From NCBI GenBank assembly GCA_038065755.1, contig JBBTQJ010000031.1, positions 1-59,755 on the forward strand: a stretch of DNA of 59,755 bases, given 5' to 3'. A model generated the notes under the pieces. It did no database searches, had not been told where the DNA came from, and saw only the letters and a program-made list of their open reading frames with translations. Source of the DNA: Patescibacteria group bacterium. Its GTDB lineage: Bacteria; Patescibacteriota; Minisyncoccia; Minisyncoccales; Staskawiczbacteraceae. The position numbers and the translations under genes were made by a program. Positions 55,526-59,755 of this stretch are shown in pieces (the stretch's first letter is position 1; each line of letters starts with the position of its first letter).

Positions 55526-57364
55526 ATGTCAAAAGATCTAACTTATATTGCTAAAACAAATTTTCGCAATAAGGAACAAAAATTCGGAATTAAAAGAACT
55601 GATCGGCGTCAGCACACGTACGTAATCGGAAAGACTGGAACTGGTAAGACTCAGTTTTTAAAAAATATGGCCTTGCAGGATATCAACAATGGGCAAGGGC
55701 TTGCTATTATTGATCCTCACGGAGAGTTTGTTGAAGAAATTTTAGACAATATCCCTCCTCACAGAATCAATGATGTGGTTTATTTTAATCCAGCGGATAT
55801 GGAATATCCTATTAGTTTTAATATTATGGAAGTGCAAGATCCAAGGTATAAGCATTTAATCGCATCGGGATTGATTGGCATTTTTACCAAAATATGGGCC
55901 AATGTATGGTCGGCTCGTATGGAATATATTCTTGCCAATTGTATTTTAGCTTTGCTGGATACTCCCGGCACCACGCTCTTGGGCATACCAAGAATGCTGG
56001 TTGATAGAGATTACAGGCAAAAAATAATTAATAACCTTAAAGACCCGGTGGTAAAATCATTTTGGATTAACGAATATGAAGAGTGGGAATCACGCTATCG
56101 CAACGAAGCCATTGCTCCCGTTCAAAATAAGGTTGGGCAGTTTCTGAATGTTTCTTTTGTAAGGAATATTGTCGGCCAAGCAAAGAACACTATTGATATT
56201 GATGAAATAATGAATAACCAAAAAATTCTGTTAGTTAATGTTTCTAAGGGAAGAATTGGCGAGGATAATTCAGCTATTTTGGGAGCTATGATCATTACTA
56301 AAATACAGTTGGTGGCAATGGAGCGCGTTAGAATTCCAGAAGATGAAAGAAAAGATTTTTATCTTTATGTTGACGAATTTCAAAATTTTGCCACAGATTC
56401 TTTCGTGAATATTTTATCAGAGGCCCGTAAATACCGCTTGAATCTGATTATTGCCCATCAATACGTTGGGCAGTTAGTCACCGACACAAGCACAGCTGTC
56501 AGGGATGCTGTTTTTGGCAACGTGGGCACTATGATTTCTTTCCGAATAGGAGCAGCTGACGCGGAATTTTTAGAGCCGGAGTTTACCCCGGAATTTTTGC
56601 AGAATGATTTAATTCGCTTAGATAACCGCAATATTTATATAAAACTTATGATAGACGGCATTACTTCCAGGCCATTCTCTGCCACAACTATTACTCTTGA
56701 CCCCGTTGTTAAAGATGATAAAAAACGAGAAAAAATAATTGAAACTTCCAGATTAAAGTATGCCCACAAGCTAAATATCGTTGAAAAAGAAATTAATCGT
56801 TGGGCAACAAACCAAGACGTTTCTGGCGCTCAAAACCCCTCTGATTTTTCTAACCCTCATAATTATTCCAAGCCTCCATATCAGCCGAAAATTCTTAGAT
56901 CTTCTGATTCTACAAAATTATACGATGTTAAATGTTCAAATTGCGGAAAAGACACCAAGGTTATTTTTGAGCCGATTGCCGGGAGGCCTGTTTACTGCAA
57001 ATCTTGTTTAAAAAAAAATTACCCGGTTAAATCTGCCGAAAGCGGTATTTCATCAGAGAAAAAACAATTTAATCGGATAAGAGCAGATCAACAGCAAAGA
57101 ACAGAGGCGGACTTGGGCAGAACAGGGAAAAATCCCGAGGAATCTGCGGCCTTAGGAGAATTAGGTATAGAATTTGAGCCTCAAGCAAAGATAGAAAATG
57201 TTTCTTTTTATAATCCGAAAAAAAAACAAGACGAACAGAAGCATGATAGTTTAAAAAGAAAAGAAATCAATTTGTCGGAATTAAGGCAAGCATTGGAGGA
57301 GTCTTTAAAGAGCGGTTTAGATTATAAAGAAAAAAGCTCAAAAGAAAAACTAGAAAACAAATAG
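55526..57364 (+). CDS. VirD4/TraG/TraD-like (type IV coupling-protein-like) P-loop ATPase with C-terminal CxxC-x17-CxxC zinc ribbon
   Basis: 612 aa with Walker A GKTGTGKT, Walker B LYVDEFQNF, IIAHQYVGQL, and the ribbon CSNC-X17-CKSC at 56933-57007. It has no TM segment of its own. Confidence 0.6.
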   Translation: MSKDLTYIAKTNFRNKEQKFGIKRTDRRQHTYVIGKTGTGKTQFLKNMALQDINNGQGLAIIDPHGEFVEEILDNIPPHRINDVVYFNPADMEYPISFNIMEVQDPRYKHLIASGLIGIFTKIWANVWSARMEYILANCILALLDTPGTTLLGIPRMLVDRDYRQKIINNLKDPVVKSFWINEYEEWESRYRNEAIAPVQNKVGQFLNVSFVRNIVGQAKNTIDIDEIMNNQKILLVNVSKGRIGEDNSAILGAMIITKIQLVAMERVRIPEDERKDFYLYVDEFQNFATDSFVNILSEARKYRLNLIIAHQYVGQLVTDTSTAVRDAVFGNVGTMISFRIGAADAEFLEPEFTPEFLQNDLIRLDNRNIYIKLMIDGITSRPFSATTITLDPVVKDDKKREKIIETSRLKYAHKLNIVEKEINRWATNQDVSGAQNPSDFSNPHNYSKPPYQPKILRSSDSTKLYDVKCSNCGKDTKVIFEPIAGRPVYCKSCLKKNYPVKSAESGISSEKKQFNRIRADQQQRTEADLGRTGKNPEESAALGELGIEFEPQAKIENVSFYNPKKKQDEQKHDSLKRKEINLSELRQALEESLKSGLDYKEKSSKEKLENK

Positions 57365-57367
57365 AAT

Positions 57368-59068
57368 ATGACTAAAATATGCCAAAATTGCAAACAGGAC
57401 TTTATCATAGAGCTTGACGACTTTGCGTTTTACGAAAAAATAAAAGTCCCGCCACCGACTTTTTGTCCCGAGTGCAGAATTGTCCGGCGCATGAGTTGGA
57501 GAAATGAACGCGCTCTTTACCGCAGAAAGTGCGACGCTACCGGCAAAGATATTATTACAATGTTCTCTCCCGAACAGCCTCTTTTGGTTTATGAAAGAGA
57601 TTATTGGTGGTCTGACAAATGGGATCAGCTTGCCTCGGGGCGTGATTATGATTTTTCAAAACCCTTTTTTCAGCAGTTCCGCGAATTATTTGAAAAAGCC
57701 CCCCTTCCCAATCTTGCCAATTCTAATGTTGTAAATTCTGATTATGGTAACCACAGCCTTGATATTAAGAATTGCTATCTTTTTTATGCCAGCAAAGGAT
57801 GCGAAGATACATTATATTGCGCCGGAGCTATAGATTGTAAAAATTCTCTTGATTTATACAAGACTCTCAATACAACTCAGTGCTACGACAATACTTTGTG
57901 CGGCGATTTAAACCGCGTTTTTTTCTCATATGACAGTGATGAAAGCGTCAGTTGCGACTTTCTTCATGCGTGTAAAAATATGATAGATTCTTTGGGTTGC
58001 ATAAATTTACGCAATAAATCAAACTGCATTTTAAACCAGCAATATACAAAAGAAGAATATAAAAAAGAACGGGCCAAGTATGATTTTGGAAGTTATAAGG
58101 CGCTTTGTGAATTTAGAAAAAAGTTTGCTGAATTTATAAAGGAATATCCAAGACGTTACGGTTTTATTTATAAATCGAAAAACTGCATTGGCGACAATAT
58201 TCTAAATTCTAAAAACGTGTATATGGGTTTTGATCTGTTTGGTGAAATTGAGGATAGTAAATATGTTATACATGGTTTTAGCGGCAAGGATTATTATGAT
58301 GCATATGGTTTTGGAGCAAACGCGAATAATTCTTATGAAGTCGTGGATACCGGAGATAACGCCACCCTTAATCTTTTTGCCGTTTTCACTCATTCCTGCC
58401 AGAATACAAACTATACTTATGCCTGCAAAAATTGCGCTAATTTATTTGGGTGCGTGGGGCTGCGCAGTAAAAAATATTGCATTTTAAATAAGCAATATAC
58501 CAAAGAAGAATATGAAACTCTTGCGCCAAAAATTATTGCTCATATGAAAAATATGCCTTATGTAGATAAACGGGGCAGAGCTTACAAATACGGCGAATTT
58601 TTCCCTACAGAACTTTCTCCTTTTGCTTATAACGAAACAATAGCCCAGGAATATTATCCAAAAACTAAATCAGAAGTTTTTGAAGCAGGGTATAAGTGGA
58701 GAGAGCCCGATGCAAAACAGCATGCCATTACTCTTCAACCAGCTGATCTGCCAGACCACATAAAAGATGTTCAAGATGACATTTTAAATCAAGTGATAGC
58801 GTGCGAACACAGAGGAAATTGCAATGAACAGTGTATGGGGGCGTTTAAAATTATTCCTTCTGAGCTTCAGTTTTACCGGGCAATGAACCTTGCTCTGCCA
58901 CGGTTGTGCTCTAACTGCAGGCACTATCATCGGCTTAGCCAGCGCACCCCGTTTAAGTTATGGGATAGAACTTGCGCAAAATGCGGAAAGGAAATTAAAA
59001 CATCATACGCTCCCGATCGCGAAGAAATTATTTACTGCGAGGCCTGCTACAATAGCGAAGTTGCATAA
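57368..59068 (+). CDS. Cys-rich protein with N-terminal CxxC...CxxC ribbon, two internal repeat modules and C-terminal CxxC-x17-CxxC ribbon
   Basis: 566 aa with CQNC-X24-CPEC. The duplicated motif is GC(I/V).LR.K..CILN.QYTKEEY at ~57971-58066 and ~58424-58516. The C-terminal ribbon is CAKC-X17-CEAC. Confidence 0.55.
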   Translation: MTKICQNCKQDFIIELDDFAFYEKIKVPPPTFCPECRIVRRMSWRNERALYRRKCDATGKDIITMFSPEQPLLVYERDYWWSDKWDQLASGRDYDFSKPFFQQFRELFEKAPLPNLANSNVVNSDYGNHSLDIKNCYLFYASKGCEDTLYCAGAIDCKNSLDLYKTLNTTQCYDNTLCGDLNRVFFSYDSDESVSCDFLHACKNMIDSLGCINLRNKSNCILNQQYTKEEYKKERAKYDFGSYKALCEFRKKFAEFIKEYPRRYGFIYKSKNCIGDNILNSKNVYMGFDLFGEIEDSKYVIHGFSGKDYYDAYGFGANANNSYEVVDTGDNATLNLFAVFTHSCQNTNYTYACKNCANLFGCVGLRSKKYCILNKQYTKEEYETLAPKIIAHMKNMPYVDKRGRAYKYGEFFPTELSPFAYNETIAQEYYPKTKSEVFEAGYKWREPDAKQHAITLQPADLPDHIKDVQDDILNQVIACEHRGNCNEQCMGAFKIIPSELQFYRAMNLALPRLCSNCRHYHRLSQRTPFKLWDRTCAKCGKEIKTSYAPDREEIIYCEACYNSEVA

Positions 59069-59095
59069 TTCGGCGTAAGATGATATTATAAAACC

Positions 59096-59290
59096 ATGAA
59101 CAAAACATCACCAAAAAATTATATCAAGATAAGACGCGACGAGTATCTGCGTCTCAAAAAACTTCAAGAGCGCTTTGAATCGTTTTTGAACTATTTCATG
59201 CACCTAAAAGATATTAAAGAGGCGAGGCAAGATATTAAAATGGGGAATATAATGTCCCAAGAAAAGCTTTTTAAGAAAATGGGACTATAA
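59096..59290 (+). CDS. putative antitoxin of the adjacent RelE/ParE toxin
   Basis: 64 aa, charged and helical-looking. It lies 16 nt upstream of the toxin gene. The call is based on position only. Confidence 0.5.
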   Translation: MNKTSPKNYIKIRRDEYLRLKKLQERFESFLNYFMHLKDIKEARQDIKMGNIMSQEKLFKKMGL

Positions 59291-59306
59291 TTTTTCTTGG
59301 TAAATT

Positions 59307-59555
59307 ATGGAAATTTACTACACCCTTAAAGCGCAAAGTGATTTAGAAAATCTTTCTAGAAATGCACAAGAACGCATCGCTCATAAGATGCGTTTTTACG
59401 TGTCTCAAAAAGATCCGATTAAGTTTGCCAAAAAACTTATTGATTCGCGTGAAGGAGAATTTCGTTTTCGCGTAGGCGATTGGCGCATCTTCTTTGATGT
59501 GAAAGGAAATAAAATTTTTATTCTTAGTATTAAACATCGTTCAAAAGCGTATTAG
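59307..59555 (+). CDS. RelE/ParE-family type II toxin
   Basis: 82 aa. GEFRFRVGDWRIFFDVKGNKIFILSIKHRSKAY is a classic RelE/ParE C-terminal pattern. Confidence 0.8.
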   Translation: MEIYYTLKAQSDLENLSRNAQERIAHKMRFYVSQKDPIKFAKKLIDSREGEFRFRVGDWRIFFDVKGNKIFILSIKHRSKAY

Positions 59556-59557
59556 CT

Positions 59558-59755
59558 ATGTTAAGCGAAACAAAAAATTGCCAAAACTGTAAACAGGACT
59601 TTGTAATTGAGCCCGACGATTTTGCGTTTTACGAGAAAGTTAAAGTTCTAGCACCAACAATGTGTCCGGAATGTAGATATCAGCGACGTGCCGCGAATCG
59701 AAATGGGAGGTACCCATTTCTTCGGACACTTATTCTACAAGTAATTTCGACCTTT
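59558..59755 (+). CDS. 5' part of a second Cys-rich protein (paralogue of 57368), truncated by the window end
   Basis: MLSETKNCQNCKQDFVIEPDDFAFYEKVKVLAPTMCPECRYQRR parallels MTKICQNCKQDFIIELDDFAFYEKIKVPPPTFCPECRIVRR. Confidence 0.7.
   Translation, partial: MLSETKNCQNCKQDFVIEPDDFAFYEKVKVLAPTMCPECRYQRRAANRNGRYPFLRTLILQVISTF

Noticed and set aside
1-59755. A search for rRNA, tRNA, tmRNA, transposase, integrase, reverse transcriptase (DGR) or cas genes.
   Set aside because: No intergenic gap is long enough or shows cloverleaf-like structure, and no ORF carries DDE, tyrosine-recombinase, YxDD or Cas motifs that I could recognise. A covariance-model scan would be needed to exclude small RNAs.

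Overview
AT-rich (about one-third GC by eye), very compact window that is almost entirely plus-strand. Gene content suggests a Patescibacteria/CPR-type genome (inference from separate secD/secF, a sigma-region-4 + HARE-HTH protein, CxxC-x17-CxxC ribbons, and many ATGA/TAATG start-stop overlaps).

Layout:
- ~160-41,100: one co-directional ~41-kb glycan-biosynthesis supercluster. It has (i) a CDP-3,6-dideoxyhexose core (rfbF, a D-K type dehydratase-like SDR, an RfbH/E1-type 3-dehydrase) interrupted by a 14.4-kb block. That block holds five radical-SAM enzymes (one cobalamin-type), a YerE-like ThDP enzyme, a NeuB-SAF-cupin fusion, two NudD-like Nudix proteins and an MBL hydrolase. (ii) Glycosyltransferases, a flippase, a KpsS/KpsC-like transferase and four methyltransferases. 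(iii) A bacillosamine-like module (PglF/PglE/PglC-like) with an ATP-grasp ligase and no acetyltransferase, plus a 1281-aa membrane-GT/flippase/GT4 triple fusion.
- 41,100-53,700: a secreted HExxH/peptidoglycan-binding protein, murB, hpf, secA, a MutT-like Nudix, yfcE-like, a frameshifted PD-ExK nuclease remnant converging on a complete LexA fused to a DNA methyltransferase, secD, secF, and a sigma-like HTH protein.
- 53,700-59,755: an operon of a small membrane protein, a 469-aa membrane protein, a VirD4/TraG-like P-loop ATPase and a Cys-rich protein, then a RelE/ParE toxin-antitoxin pair and the start of a second Cys-rich paralogue.

The candidates I rate most likely to be new are the radical-SAM-rich CDP-sugar block bracketed by a repeated 44-nt palindromic element, the LexA-methyltransferase fusion, and the coupling-ATPase operon.

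I recognised no rRNA, tRNA, CRISPR array, transposase or integrase. CDS coordinates come from the ORF track, with some starts re-picked. Hairpin, promoter and repeat coordinates were hand-counted in homopolymer-rich text and may be off by 1-2 nt. All homology statements are from reading motifs, not from database searches.
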